DNA of 64,000 nt, from the NCBI GenBank assembly GCA_963743635.1, contig CAVUQO010000002.1, forward strand, positions 224,001 to 288,000, given 5' to 3'. The notes beneath the pieces are model-generated. The model searched no databases and was not told the origin of the DNA. It saw only the letters and a program-made list of their open reading frames with translations. Numbering within the stretch: position 1 is the stretch's first letter; the number at the start of each line of letters is the position of its first letter. The DNA is from Candidatus Babeliales bacterium (GTDB taxonomy: Bacteria > Babelota > Babeliae > Babelales > Vermiphilaceae). Shown here in pieces: positions 10,440-20,586 of this stretch. The position numbers were made by a program, and so were the translations under genes.

Positions 10440-11063
10440 ATGAAGAGCATAAGGCTAGTGATAATAAGTGTTGCGATAGCGATGAATGCATGTGCTAGTG
10501 AAAGTCCAAATAGAAGAGGCAAAAAACGCCCAGTTTTAGCAGTAGGCAGATCAATAGGTTTGGCCGATAATTCATCCGAGGCTGAAAAATGGCGTAATAT
10601 GTTTAACTCTTATATTGCGAATCAAACACGGTGGAGTGCTATTGGTATGCACGATATAGTAGTGCGGACAGGGCTTGATATTAATGCACGAGATGAAACC
10701 GGTAAGACGCCATTGCAGTTGGCGCAAGAATTAGGAAATTCAATAGCTGTTAAGTACCTTTTAGAGAAGGGTGCACACGATACTAATCCTGCCCGCAGCG
10801 CGGAGTTGCTCAAATCCCTTGAATCGATTGGCTTTGAACGTATTGATCCTGTAATGATACGTTCTGTAAATAATCAGCCACTCTTTCTTGAGCCAAACAC
10901 TCACACTACGACAATCACCACAACGACTACGACTACCGCACCTGGCAGAGCATCAGGCGCCACGCCAGAAGAACAATTTAGGTCTCCGCCTGCAATTCAG
11001 CGAGACACAGCATTAGTTATAAAATTAAAAGAGTCATCTGATGATGACGATGATATTAAATAA
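10440..11063 (+). CDS. Secreted ankyrin-repeat protein
   Basis: Signal peptide; DINARDETGKTPLQLA..GN..AVKYLLEKGA; poly-Thr and acidic tail. Confidence 0.8.
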   Translation: MKSIRLVIISVAIAMNACASESPNRRGKKRPVLAVGRSIGLADNSSEAEKWRNMFNSYIANQTRWSAIGMHDIVVRTGLDINARDETGKTPLQLAQELGNSIAVKYLLEKGAHDTNPARSAELLKSLESIGFERIDPVMIRSVNNQPLFLEPNTHTTTITTTTTTTAPGRASGATPEEQFRSPPAIQRDTALVIKLKESSDDDDDIK

Positions 11064-11099
11064 AAAACCGTGAAGCCTTTTTAAACTTCACGGTTTTTT
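11064..11099. terminator. Bidirectional intrinsic terminator
   Basis: AAAACCGTGAAG...CTTCACGGTTTTT. Confidence 0.75.
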
Positions 11100-11122
11100 A
11101 TGATTTCAGATTAAGAAAATAA

Positions 11123-12211
11123 TTACTCTTGAAGGAACACTGCTTCAATAGTTTTTGCATCAAGAATCATATTGTGAAATACGGGCATCTCGGGTACTAA
11201 TATGTGCAATTCGCGTACCGCAAGTGCGCTATTTGCAATAGGGCCAGAAACTGCTGAAATATCCATATCAAATTGTTCTTTTATCATACATACACCTGCA
11301 AATGCGCTCAATGCATCACGTGCTGAAAATACTAAATGATCGAATGTTTCAGTGATTTCAAAGCTGCTCAGTAGTGTGTATGCTTCCTCTTGCAAAATAC
11401 CGTCTGCAATTTCAAGAACGATGTAACCACCTTTAGGGCACAGTGCATTTAGGTGAGTATACATGCGCCAGTAGAGCGTCGTGAGTTGTTCTTCAGAAAT
11501 TTTATACGTAGAAGGAAAACCGAACGATGTAAAATCAACCACTGTTTTTGCGCCCGCTGCTTCCATGAGCAAAATGTCTTTTTTTGCAGCAGTGCCGGTA
11601 ATTTTACCCGCAACCACTTGTTTGCCTGCTTGAGTCAAGCCATACACAATCATTTTTGCGGTATGCGATTTGCCAGCATTCATTGATGAACCGGTAATCA
11701 CAATTAACGTTTTATCTTCTTGTTTTTTATCTTTAAGTTTTGCAGGAGTTGGTATGCCATAATCAAGTGTGTTGATAATCTTGCCTTTTGCATCTTGGAA
11801 AAATGCGAGTACTTCTACTTTGGTGGCTTCACCAATCGTGGTATTACGATTGATTACCGTCCCGATAGTGCCACCGCCATTGAAAAGATCTATGATTGGA
11901 TTATTCAATGAATTTGATACCATTCCTTCATACTGATCAGGAGCGTAACGATTGGCAAAAACAGCAACGAATTCACTGCCAACAAAAATAGGAAAACGTT
12001 GACCAAACTCTTCTTCAAGATTAGCATGCCCGCCTAAGCTTACAACACGGACCAGCACCAAATCGCCAAAAGATGGCTTTTTTAGAGGCGCAGTGGCGTG
12101 AATGGCTGTTTTTGGTACGCTGGATGCAGCCGTACTAAAACGGAGGGATTGGATGTCCGGCTGATTAAATAAAGAAGAAATCTTCTTCGATTGTGAAGTT
12201 ATTTGATTCAT
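11123..12211 (-). CDS. DUF1611-like P-loop protein
   Basis: NRYAPDQYEG, GSSMNAGKS (P-loop), KITGTA, DF..FGFPSTY, LEIADGILQ.E. Confidence 0.75.
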   Translation of the reverse strand: MNQITSQSKKISSLFNQPDIQSLRFSTAASSVPKTAIHATAPLKKPSFGDLVLVRVVSLGGHANLEEEFGQRFPIFVGSEFVAVFANRYAPDQYEGMVSNSLNNPIIDLFNGGGTIGTVINRNTTIGEATKVEVLAFFQDAKGKIINTLDYGIPTPAKLKDKKQEDKTLIVITGSSMNAGKSHTAKMIVYGLTQAGKQVVAGKITGTAAKKDILLMEAAGAKTVVDFTSFGFPSTYKISEEQLTTLYWRMYTHLNALCPKGGYIVLEIADGILQEEAYTLLSSFEITETFDHLVFSARDALSAFAGVCMIKEQFDMDISAVSGPIANSALAVRELHILVPEMPVFHNMILDAKTIEAVFLQE

Positions 12212-12300
12212 AAGGTACTATTTGAGTTTATGGATGTAAAAAAAGAAAGTATACTAATATTCTATAAAAAGTCACTTCCTTTGTTGTGTTATGGTCTTGT

Positions 12301-13212
12301 ATGAAGCAAAAATATGGTAAATCGAGTGGCGTGGTGGTCGTGATTCATGGGGGCGCAGGCCCGCAGGATCCTTCTGCCGAGGGCATTGAGCGTGCAAATA
12401 AGGCTCTTGCTCGGATCGCCAAAGATGCCACAAAGATGATACTGGACGGTGTTCCCTTAACCCGGGTTGCTTGTTATTGCCTTCAACAACTCGAAGAGGA
12501 CCCTCAATTTAATGCCGGTATTGGCAGTGCATTGCAAAGCGATGGCATTCCTCGCCTTTCGGCTTCCCTCATGAATGGAGAAAAACAAAATTTCTCTGGC
12601 GTCATAGGGGCTACATCTATCCCATACCCCTCATTGTTGGTCGAGGCGCTTCAATCTCGACGCGCAAGGGTATTAACCCATCCGGGCACCGAACTTTTGG
12701 CTAGAGAGCTTAATATTCCGGTGCATTCAAATATTACCGAAAGACGCTCGAAGCGTTGGCTCACGATTATGGAAAGGGAAGGATATCCGGATAAATATAC
12801 CGAATGCGATACCGTGGGAGTCGTAATTCGCAGTGGCGATGGACGGCTCGTAGCGGCTTCAAGTACTGGCGGACGTGGGCACGAATATCCGGGTCGTGTG
12901 GGCGATACGCCGACGGTAGCAGGCAATTATGCAAGTAAGCATGCAGCAGTAGCGGTAACTGGGCATGGTGAACAAATCACCAACGATGCAATTGCAGCAC
13001 GCTTGGAAACACGCGTGCGTGATGGGCGAAGTCTTGAAAAGGCATCCCGGAAAACATTCAAAGAAGGTTTGAAAAATAAGCGCCGTTATGGTTGGATCGC
13101 GGTCAGCAGACGGGGCCATTGGGGCATTGCGTACACCACGCAATATATGCCGTACGTTGTCTGGGGTGAAAATGGGCAGATCGATATCTTTGAGTTGGAT
13201 GAAATCGACTAA
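12301..13212 (+). CDS. Isoaspartyl peptidase/L-asparaginase (Ntn hydrolase)
   Basis: IHGGAG, FNAGIGS, D-TVG nucleophile, STGG, GRVGDTP, TGHGE. Confidence 0.9.
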   Translation: MKQKYGKSSGVVVVIHGGAGPQDPSAEGIERANKALARIAKDATKMILDGVPLTRVACYCLQQLEEDPQFNAGIGSALQSDGIPRLSASLMNGEKQNFSGVIGATSIPYPSLLVEALQSRRARVLTHPGTELLARELNIPVHSNITERRSKRWLTIMEREGYPDKYTECDTVGVVIRSGDGRLVAASSTGGRGHEYPGRVGDTPTVAGNYASKHAAVAVTGHGEQITNDAIAARLETRVRDGRSLEKASRKTFKEGLKNKRRYGWIAVSRRGHWGIAYTTQYMPYVVWGENGQIDIFELDEID

Positions 13213-13301
13213 TAATAATGATTTTTTTCGCAAAGTATAAAAACTCTAGCGTTTTAATGAATACTTCAATTAAGGTACAAGATTAAAACCAGGAGGGATG
13301 T

Positions 13302-13613
13302 ATGAAAATAGCGATTGTTATGGGTACATGTATCGGCATTGCAGCGAGCAATGCATATAGCATGGAAGCGCCAAGAGTGTTTTCTAAATCACTTGGCGCC
13401 CTTGATTTTGAGAAGCGTATCTCTACGCAACGTGCGATCATGGAAAATAATCATCAAAAGGCAAAAGATGATTTTGAGATCATGCAACATGAAATCCCGA
13501 GAGAAGCCTGTCGACAAATTCTCACAGAGCTGATCACTGCATCAGCAATATTAAGTGCCACGTTTATAAGATTGGATTTGAACCCAGCATACTTTATCGA
13601 AAAGAGAGAATAA
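13302..13613 (+). CDS. Secreted hypothetical protein
   Basis: AGGAGG RBS; signal peptide ending AYS-ME. Confidence 0.65.
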   Translation: MKIAIVMGTCIGIAASNAYSMEAPRVFSKSLGALDFEKRISTQRAIMENNHQKAKDDFEIMQHEIPREACRQILTELITASAILSATFIRLDLNPAYFIEKRE

Positions 13614-13634
13614 CGTGCGCAATAGATATTCTTA

Positions 13635-13895
13635 CTATTTCTGCTCGTGAGAATTATGCGTATCTGGTGTTGCAATATGCGCAGGCGTTTCAGAGACGAG
13701 TGAAAAACGAGGAACGCTTTTATCGCCCACGGTCACTATTTCACAAAACATCGATTTTGGACGCACCCAAAAGCCATAATCGTCATACAGTTTCTGGTAG
13801 AGCACCATATCTTCGAGCGTTTCAGAATGCTGTGCAGTGCCAATAACGTTATAAAATTTACCTTTATAATGACGATACATTCCCGGACGAATCAT
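13635..13895 (-). CDS. DUF1653 family protein
   Basis: G.YRHYKG..Y.V...A.HSET.E..V.Y..LY....WVRP..MF. Confidence 0.9.
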   Translation of the reverse strand: MIRPGMYRHYKGKFYNVIGTAQHSETLEDMVLYQKLYDDYGFWVRPKSMFCEIVTVGDKSVPRFSLVSETPAHIATPDTHNSHEQK

Positions 13896-13918
13896 AGGAG
13901 TCCTTGTTTTTGTATTCC

Positions 13919-14049
13919 GTTACCCATTCGAGACATTTTTCATTACGCTTTGCTTATGAAAAATCCTCAGGGCGAACGGAAGTGGTAATCATCCCCGTTC
14001 GCCCTGAGGATTTTTCGATCCTTTAGGATAGAAAATATCGAATGGGTTA
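13919..14049. repeat. Long palindromic REP/MITE-like element
   Basis: Outer IR ACCCATTCGA/TCGAATGGGT; inner IR AAAAATCCTCAGGGCGAACGG/CCGTTCGCCCTGAGGATTTTT. Confidence 0.8.
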
Positions 14050-14160
14050 GGGGATGTGAGGTATTGATTTCTTACCATACACCGTATTTGCCGTAAGGCC
14101 AACTTTACGAAAAATGACGATTCCATTACAGTATATTAAACATTTATCTTCGAGGTTTCT

Positions 14161-14917
14161 ATGAAACAATCCACAGCATCATATGGAATTGACGCTCCCT
14201 ATGTTATTCTCGGACTTTTAGTGGGATCCGTCACAACGACTATCCTCTACATTCTCAGTTTTTATAGTCCGTTGGTGCTTAAACTCTTCTTCACATACAA
14301 CATTTTTACACTCTTATTTAACATGTCTCCGTACGCTCAATATGTGGTATGTATGATAGCAATGATTACTCCTGCGGTGCTTATGCTTATGAGTAGCTTA
14401 TGGGGCAAGCAACGGCAGCGGGACATTCTTTTGAATCAGTATGATTGGAAAGGAGATGAAACAGTGTTAGACCTTGGGTGTGGCCGTGGATTGTTGCTCA
14501 TTGGTGCTGCCAAAAAATTAAAAACGGGCAGAGCATATGGCATTGATATTTGGTCCGCGAAAGATCTTTCAAATAATTCAAAAGCTGCAGTTGAGCGAAA
14601 TTGTCAGATTGAAGGTGTTGCAGATAAGGTAACGCTTATGGATGCTGATGCGCGCAATATGCCATTTGCCGATGATATGTTTGACGTAGTGATGTCCCAG
14701 CATGGTGGTGCACAACATTGATAAAGCGGGGCGCAAAAAAGCGCTTGCTGAAATGGTGCGCGTCTGTAAAAAGGGAGGCGTCATATTTATTCAGGATTTT
14801 CAATGTACTGATGAATATGTGCAATACTTAAAATCCGCCGGTCTCAAAAAAGTTTCAATCTCAGATCGTTATTGGAATATCTTTCCGCCGGTTAAGATAG
14901 TGCAGGCCGTGAAATAA
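14161..14917 (+). CDS. Membrane-anchored class I SAM-dependent methyltransferase (frameshift near 14700)
   Basis: YGIDAP N-terminus, VLDLGCGRG, continues in ORF 14702..14917 (HNI...AL.EMVRVCKKGG). Confidence 0.85.
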
Positions 14918-15024
14918 GGTATTGAGGCCATCGACTATGATAAAACCGCATCATAAAAAAATTAGGGAATGTGATTAATAAGGCATATCCAAAACGAGTG
15001 CAATGAAGAATATCTACAATGATG

Positions 15025-16461
15025 CTACAGTTTGGGTAGCACGGCACCATTTTTGACCTGATACCAACTTTCTATGCCAATGGCATGCAAAAAATCGTCA
15101 TCATGTGAGATGACTATCATGCTGCCGGGATATTCCTTCAATACTTCAATCACATGCTCGCGTGTTTCCAAATCAAGATTATTGGTGATCTCATCGAGTA
15201 TTAAAAGCCGCGGTGTTTTCGCGGCAATTTGGGCGAGTGTTAATCGTACTTTTTCGCCACCAGAAAGCGTTGCAACGAGCGCATTCACTTCTTCATTCTT
15301 GCGGAAAAGAAAATCATTGAGATGACGGCGTATTTCTGCGTGAGACCACGTCGGCACTAAATCAACTATCGTTTCAAGCACGGATTTTTGTGAAGAAAGG
15401 GTACCATAATGTTGATCAAGATAGCCGATATCACTCAATTTAGGGACCTGCCAACTTCCTGTAGTGATCACCGCTGGATCACCTAATATTCCTTTAATAA
15501 GCGTAGATTTTCCGCTGCCATTATCTCCCATGATGGCAATGCGTTCTCTGGCAGTAACTGAAAGGCTGATATCATGCAGAATCGGTTTTTCCTTCTGATA
15601 CGCGACGCTTCCTTCGCTAATCGATACGAGCGTTTTATTGCCAATGTCAGCCGCGCTTAAAGAAAATGTGGGCACTATTATTTCCGGCAGGCGTAGGTTT
15701 GCTAACGCCTCGCTTAACGCTTCTTTCTTCTGACTGATTTCAGCTTTTTTACTTCCTGCGGTATGTTCGGCGCTGGCGCCTTTGAGTTTCGCTGCTGATT
15801 TTGGCCATTTTCGTTGTTCAATATATTTTTCACCGATAGCGCGACTTTTTGCGCCTCTTGCTTGCTCCTTCATCAATGCATGATGCGTATCTTTTTTTTG
15901 CCGATCAAGGCGAGACAGTTCTTGCTCGATTGATGAACGTTTAATACCTATTTCACGGATGTAATCATCGTAATTGCCGGAGAATACATGAACGAGGCCG
16001 TTATCAATATGCCACAAGGTATCAATGCATGTGCGTAGTAATTCGACATCATGTGATACAACAATCAAGGTTCCGGGAAATGAGCGCAGCATACGCATTA
16101 ATGATGCGCGGTTACCTGCATCAAGATTATTCGTCGGTTCATCGAGTAGTAAAACATTGGGATCAAGGCTCAATGCTTTGGTGAGGGCTTCATGAAAACG
16201 TTGGCCACCACTGAGTGAAACGGATTCTGTAAATAACTGCGGAACATAGCCAATGCGCGCATCATCGGGAATGTTGATTTCACCGCTCGTTGGAGCCACA
16301 GTGCCATTAATCATGTTGAGTAGGGAAGATTTTCCACTGCCATTGCGGCCAATGAGCGCAATGCGGCTACCATAAGGAATCTGTGTGCTGAAATTTTCAA
16401 AACAGATTTTGTGCGGAAATAAAAGGCTGACGTTTTTTAACTGGATAGATTTATATACCAT
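15025..16461 (-). CDS. ABC-F family ATPase (ribosome-protection/translation factor-like)
   Basis: Two NBDs (GRNGSGKS/LSGGQ/DEPTN; GDNGSGKS/LSGGEK/DEITN), interdomain linker, no TM domain. Confidence 0.9.
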   Translation of the reverse strand: MVYKSIQLKNVSLLFPHKICFENFSTQIPYGSRIALIGRNGSGKSSLLNMINGTVAPTSGEINIPDDARIGYVPQLFTESVSLSGGQRFHEALTKALSLDPNVLLLDEPTNNLDAGNRASLMRMLRSFPGTLIVVSHDVELLRTCIDTLWHIDNGLVHVFSGNYDDYIREIGIKRSSIEQELSRLDRQKKDTHHALMKEQARGAKSRAIGEKYIEQRKWPKSAAKLKGASAEHTAGSKKAEISQKKEALSEALANLRLPEIIVPTFSLSAADIGNKTLVSISEGSVAYQKEKPILHDISLSVTARERIAIMGDNGSGKSTLIKGILGDPAVITTGSWQVPKLSDIGYLDQHYGTLSSQKSVLETIVDLVPTWSHAEIRRHLNDFLFRKNEEVNALVATLSGGEKVRLTLAQIAAKTPRLLILDEITNNLDLETREHVIEVLKEYPGSMIVISHDDDFLHAIGIESWYQVKNGAVLPKL

Positions 16462-16569
16462 AAATATCTCTTAAATAATGTAAGGGTGTATTGATTAGGA
16501 CTTTTTTGCCGTGACGGCTTTTTTGAGTCATCGCCCTTGCAAGAAGGGGATTTAAGAGATTTTTTTCAT
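16462..16569 (-). promoter_or_regulatory. Putative translational attenuator: uORF MKKIS* (16569-16552) pairing with the ABC-F RBS
   Basis: Perfect 11-nt inverted repeat 16466-16476 / 16550-16560 linking the uORF end to the SD region. Confidence 0.65.
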
Positions 16570-16728
16570 GATACAGATAAACCTTATAGGATGAGTTTTA
16601 AATTATACGTTTTTCAGAGTAGGCCATTTTTTGGCCAAATTCAAGAGTTTTTGGATTGGGGGGTTAAGATGCTTTAATTAAGGCCCGCTCAATGAACGGG
16701 CCTCTTAACATCTAACAATACGCTATAA

Positions 16729-17559
16729 TTATTTATCGCTTAATGTCTCAAGCGCCTCAGTTGCTTTTTGCAATACCTGAGCGTTTTCTGCTATGTATTC
16801 AAAATCAGGCCAATCGGCGTTCGTACCAGCAAACGGTTTAAAGCCCCATTCTTCATAGAAGGCAAGTGCTGTTGCGTTGGTTGGTCGATTATGTAAGAAC
16901 AATCGAGTAACATTGGGAAGTATCTTAAAAATTGAACTCATGAGCATCTTTTCTAAACCACGATTTTGTGCGTTAGTAAGTATGCCGGTGAGGCCAACGC
17001 GCACCGTTCCATATGCAAAATCTGGCATAATGGAAAACTGAATAGCGCCAAATGGTCTGTTTTCTTTGTTGTCTTTGACTATTACAAAAATAGTAAGATC
17101 ATTCGGACTTGCCCAGTGAGCAAAGTCATTCGTAGTAAAGAATTGATGCATGGTAGTTTTAACATGTTGCTCAACGGCCTGCCAATCAACCTTGTCGATG
17201 CCATGCTCAAAAAGCGGGGCTACACCTTTTAAAAATGTTTCAGTAGGCACCATTTCGGGTCGTTTGCGTGCAAATTCTACTTCTTGCCGTGTATAGGTTT
17301 GAGTGAAAATTTCACTGACGTCCTTAATGGCCTGCGTAAATTGCGGTGACGTGGGATCGTAGATTGTCCATTCCAACGTCACTGGAGCGCCAGTTGCATC
17401 ATGAGCAGATAGTGTGCCTGTTTTTTGTACGGTTTGTTGTGCAAAATTAATCCACGCGGAAGTGGATTGAGGGGGTTGGTTATTATGCATTTGTGTTCCT
17501 ATGCAAGATATAAAAGAGAGTAAAGTAATACATGCAAGCGCGTAATGGCTACGGTTCAT
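16729..17559 (-). CDS. Signal-peptide-bearing GNAT acetyltransferase
   Basis: QNRGLEKMLM acetyl-CoA motif, N..AL.FYE.WGF; hydrophobic N-terminus. Confidence 0.75.
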   Translation of the reverse strand: MNRSHYALACITLLSFISCIGTQMHNNQPPQSTSAWINFAQQTVQKTGTLSAHDATGAPVTLEWTIYDPTSPQFTQAIKDVSEIFTQTYTRQEVEFARKRPEMVPTETFLKGVAPLFEHGIDKVDWQAVEQHVKTTMHQFFTTNDFAHWASPNDLTIFVIVKDNKENRPFGAIQFSIMPDFAYGTVRVGLTGILTNAQNRGLEKMLMSSIFKILPNVTRLFLHNRPTNATALAFYEEWGFKPFAGTNADWPDFEYIAENAQVLQKATEALETLSDK

Positions 17560-17955
17560 GTGTTTAGCTTTCACTAAAAAAAAGAAAAAAATTAATAATA
17601 AAAGTACCTGCAGATTTATAGTAACTGCAAGATTAACATGCTCAGGCAATGGGATGATTTATGAATCACGAGTGCTGAGTAGTTTTTTAGAAGATAGGAA
17701 CAAAGACTTTCATAGCGCCTCCCTGGGAATTTCTCAGGCAAATAAGGATACTAATATTTAATATAGTTTTAGCTTACCGGAAAGGCCAGCCTAATGCAAA
17801 TGGGGGCCGGGCTCGTGGGGCGAGGGCTAAGTATTCCAGTTTTGAGTCTTGAGCCCAAAATTGAATAAACTATAGTGATATTCTCCGTATTTGTATAAAG
17901 TCTGTAGTATAGATTATTGATTAGAAAAATAGGGTAATTATTCGGGGAATCAACT

Positions 17956-18573
17956 ATGAGAAAAAGTTTTATTAAAATGTTGGCTGGTTACGAGGAATTT
18001 AGGCAGAAATACGCCTCGGGCGATAAATCGATCATGCAGTACCTTTCTCGGCATGGTCAAAAGCCGCACACCATGGTGATTGCCTGCTGCGATTCGCGCG
18101 TTGACCCAGCCTTGATCTTGCAATGTGATCCGGGCGATTTATTTGTAGTGCGTAACGTAGCAAACATTGTGCCTCCCTACGAAAAAGATACCATGCACCA
18201 TGGTACGAGTGCGGCACTTGAATTTGGCGTCTGTTTTCTCAAGGTGAAACATCTGATTTTACTCGGACACAGTCAATGCGGTGGCATTAATGCGGTGTTA
18301 AAGAGCGATAATAAAAAAACCAATGATTTTATTCTCAACTGGGTTTCACTTATTAAAATGGATAATGTGAAGTTTAAAACTGCTGACGAATATGCAAAAT
18401 TGGCACTAAAGCGTTCACATGAAAACTGCCTTACGTTTCCATGGCTTACCGAACGGGTAATGCAAAAAAAATTACGCGTACATTTATGGTTTTTTGATAT
18501 CAAGACGGGTCAAATTTATGTGTATTCAGATGCAGAGAACAAATATGCACCGCTTGATGCGATGCATGTGTGA
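17956..18573 (+). CDS. Beta-class carbonic anhydrase (cytoplasmic)
   Basis: CCDSRV, RNVAN, GHSQCGG. Confidence 0.95.
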   Translation: MRKSFIKMLAGYEEFRQKYASGDKSIMQYLSRHGQKPHTMVIACCDSRVDPALILQCDPGDLFVVRNVANIVPPYEKDTMHHGTSAALEFGVCFLKVKHLILLGHSQCGGINAVLKSDNKKTNDFILNWVSLIKMDNVKFKTADEYAKLALKRSHENCLTFPWLTERVMQKKLRVHLWFFDIKTGQIYVYSDAENKYAPLDAMHV

Positions 18574-18582
18574 TACGAAACC

Positions 18583-19413
18583 TTATTCTTTGATACAAGG
18601 CACATAGAGTGCGAGCGTTTCTTCCTGAAATGCGTCATCAGGAAATCTGCTAAAAGCGATAAAGGCAGGAATCGCATGATTAATATTGAGTCCATATTGG
18701 GTTGACCATTTACCGTAAATATAGTGATATGCGAGACCTAAATTATGAATTTTCCCCTTATATTTGAATCTGGCATAGGTTCCTCCCGGGATTGTATGAC
18801 ATTCAATCTTAAGATCTTGTGGTGAAAAAGCTACGCCAGCTGAAAAACGAACTTTGTGTTCGGGTATTTCACCATCATGAGGATTATCATGGCCAATTCC
18901 AATAAAAGTACCTACAAAATCATCATTAAGCTCAGCTGAAGAAAGATGTTCTTTTAGAGATTGCCATGCAAGAGGAGCGGCTTCAAAATATAATCCTTGC
19001 TTGGTTACCATTTGTATTGTGATGTTATCAAGTTCAACAATTTCGGGTTCTTCTAAAGAAATAAATTCAAGTTCATCGATGATATTAAATTTTGTGCGAG
19101 CAACAGTTGGGGAGTAACCAAAATTATCTTTAAAACTGCGGGCAAATGCTGAGTGATCTTCAAAACCAGATTGCAATGCGATTTCGAGTATCGCAAAGTC
19201 TTGATTTTTGAGCGATCTAAATGCTCGCTCCATGCGAAGACGGCGAATAAAAGTTCCTACGGATACACCAGTCGCTTCCAGAAATAATCGTTTCAAGGAT
19301 GAAAGAGAAAGATGAGTAGCTTTTGCTACATCTTCCAAAAGAAGTGGTTGGTCAAGGTTGAGGTATATAAATTTAACGGCTTTTACAAAATTATTATTCT
19401 TTAGATAGCTCAT
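18583..19413 (-). CDS. AraC-family regulator with GyrI-like effector domain
   Basis: N-terminal AraC HTH (IALQSGFEDHSAFARSFK..FG.SP), C-terminal GyrI-like domain (IPGGTYARF.YKG). Confidence 0.9.
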   Translation of the reverse strand: MSYLKNNNFVKAVKFIYLNLDQPLLLEDVAKATHLSLSSLKRLFLEATGVSVGTFIRRLRMERAFRSLKNQDFAILEIALQSGFEDHSAFARSFKDNFGYSPTVARTKFNIIDELEFISLEEPEIVELDNITIQMVTKQGLYFEAAPLAWQSLKEHLSSAELNDDFVGTFIGIGHDNPHDGEIPEHKVRFSAGVAFSPQDLKIECHTIPGGTYARFKYKGKIHNLGLAYHYIYGKWSTQYGLNINHAIPAFIAFSRFPDDAFQEETLALYVPCIKE

Positions 19414-19667
19414 ATTGATTCCTTATTGGTTTATTTATAGAAATCAATATAACACAATGATTTTTCATTTGCTGTGCAGAAAAGGCCAACTTAATCTAAG
19501 GGATTATAGTCAAGTATGCTGTTTGACGCAGTGGATGCTCGAATTTATTGAGTTTGTATTTTTGTGAGTTTTGGAACCAGATACTATCAAGCCCTTTATT
19601 TATAGAATTTCTTTTTGGTATGATGCCGATCAAGAAATGAAAGCCATCGGTAAAGGGCAGGGATAGG

Positions 19668-20423
19668 ATGAAGAAATTAATCGCAATCGTGGTCTGCGGG
19701 CTCATTGGCGTATCGGGTTTGCATATTTTAGCGACAAAAAAAATCAAAAAGCATCATGAGCTTGTGGGCTTAGAAGAGAAAACAACCTATCACTGTGATC
19801 CCCATACAAAGATTTTAGATGCTGAGCAAAGTTATGCCAGAATGCTGCAGGGTTATGAGCTTTTTAGAAAAAAATATGTGAATGGCGATACCGCTATCAT
19901 GGAGTGCCTTGCGCATCATGGGCAAAAACCGCATACGATGATTGTTGCATGCTGCGATTCGCGCGTCGAGCCAGCAGTAATATTGCAGTGTGATCCGGGT
20001 GATTTATTTGTGATACGTAATGTGGCTAATATTGTGGCCCCCTGCGAACATGACCATACGTATCATAGTACGGGCGCTGCGCTTGAATTTGGCATATGTA
20101 CCTTGAAAGTGAAACATCTTATTCTGCTCGGACACAGCCAATGCGGCGGCGTCAAAGCGGCCATGACTAGTACAGCAAAAAAAACAGATGATTTTATAAC
20201 CAATTGGGTTTCGCTCATTAAAATGCCTGATGTGGGCAACGTATCAGCTGATGAATATGCGCGATTGGCATTGCATAAATCGCACGCCCATTGTCTGACA
20301 TTTCCTTGGATCAAAGAAAGAGTGAAGCAGAAAGAACTGGAGATTCATCTTTGGTTTTTTGATATCGAAACCGGACAACTCTTTTCTTATTCTGAGAAAG
20401 ATAAGATCTATAAGCCGCTATAA
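19668..20423 (+). CDS. Beta-class carbonic anhydrase with signal peptide
   Basis: Same motifs as 17956..18573 plus N-terminal MKKLIAIVVCGLIGVSGLHILA. Confidence 0.92.
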   Translation: MKKLIAIVVCGLIGVSGLHILATKKIKKHHELVGLEEKTTYHCDPHTKILDAEQSYARMLQGYELFRKKYVNGDTAIMECLAHHGQKPHTMIVACCDSRVEPAVILQCDPGDLFVIRNVANIVAPCEHDHTYHSTGAALEFGICTLKVKHLILLGHSQCGGVKAAMTSTAKKTDDFITNWVSLIKMPDVGNVSADEYARLALHKSHAHCLTFPWIKERVKQKELEIHLWFFDIETGQLFSYSEKDKIYKPL

Positions 20424-20503
20424 CCTATTACACAGTTGGTGCTGGTTTTTTGCAATGAGGGAAATTAATGGGAAGAACTGTCCTCGAAGGACAAACTGGC
20501 GTG

Positions 20504-20586
20504 CCGGTCATTTCTGTCCCCGGTCATCCTAAGTTAATCGAAGGACGAAGAAAACTTTCAGCTGACGATGATTGAAAAATGAATGG
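20504..20586 (-). repeat. tRNA-3'-associated palindromic element, family A, copy 1 (83 bp)
   Basis: Starts at the CCA of tRNA-Ser(TGA): CCATTCATTTTTCAATCATCGTCAGCTG... Confidence 0.85.
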
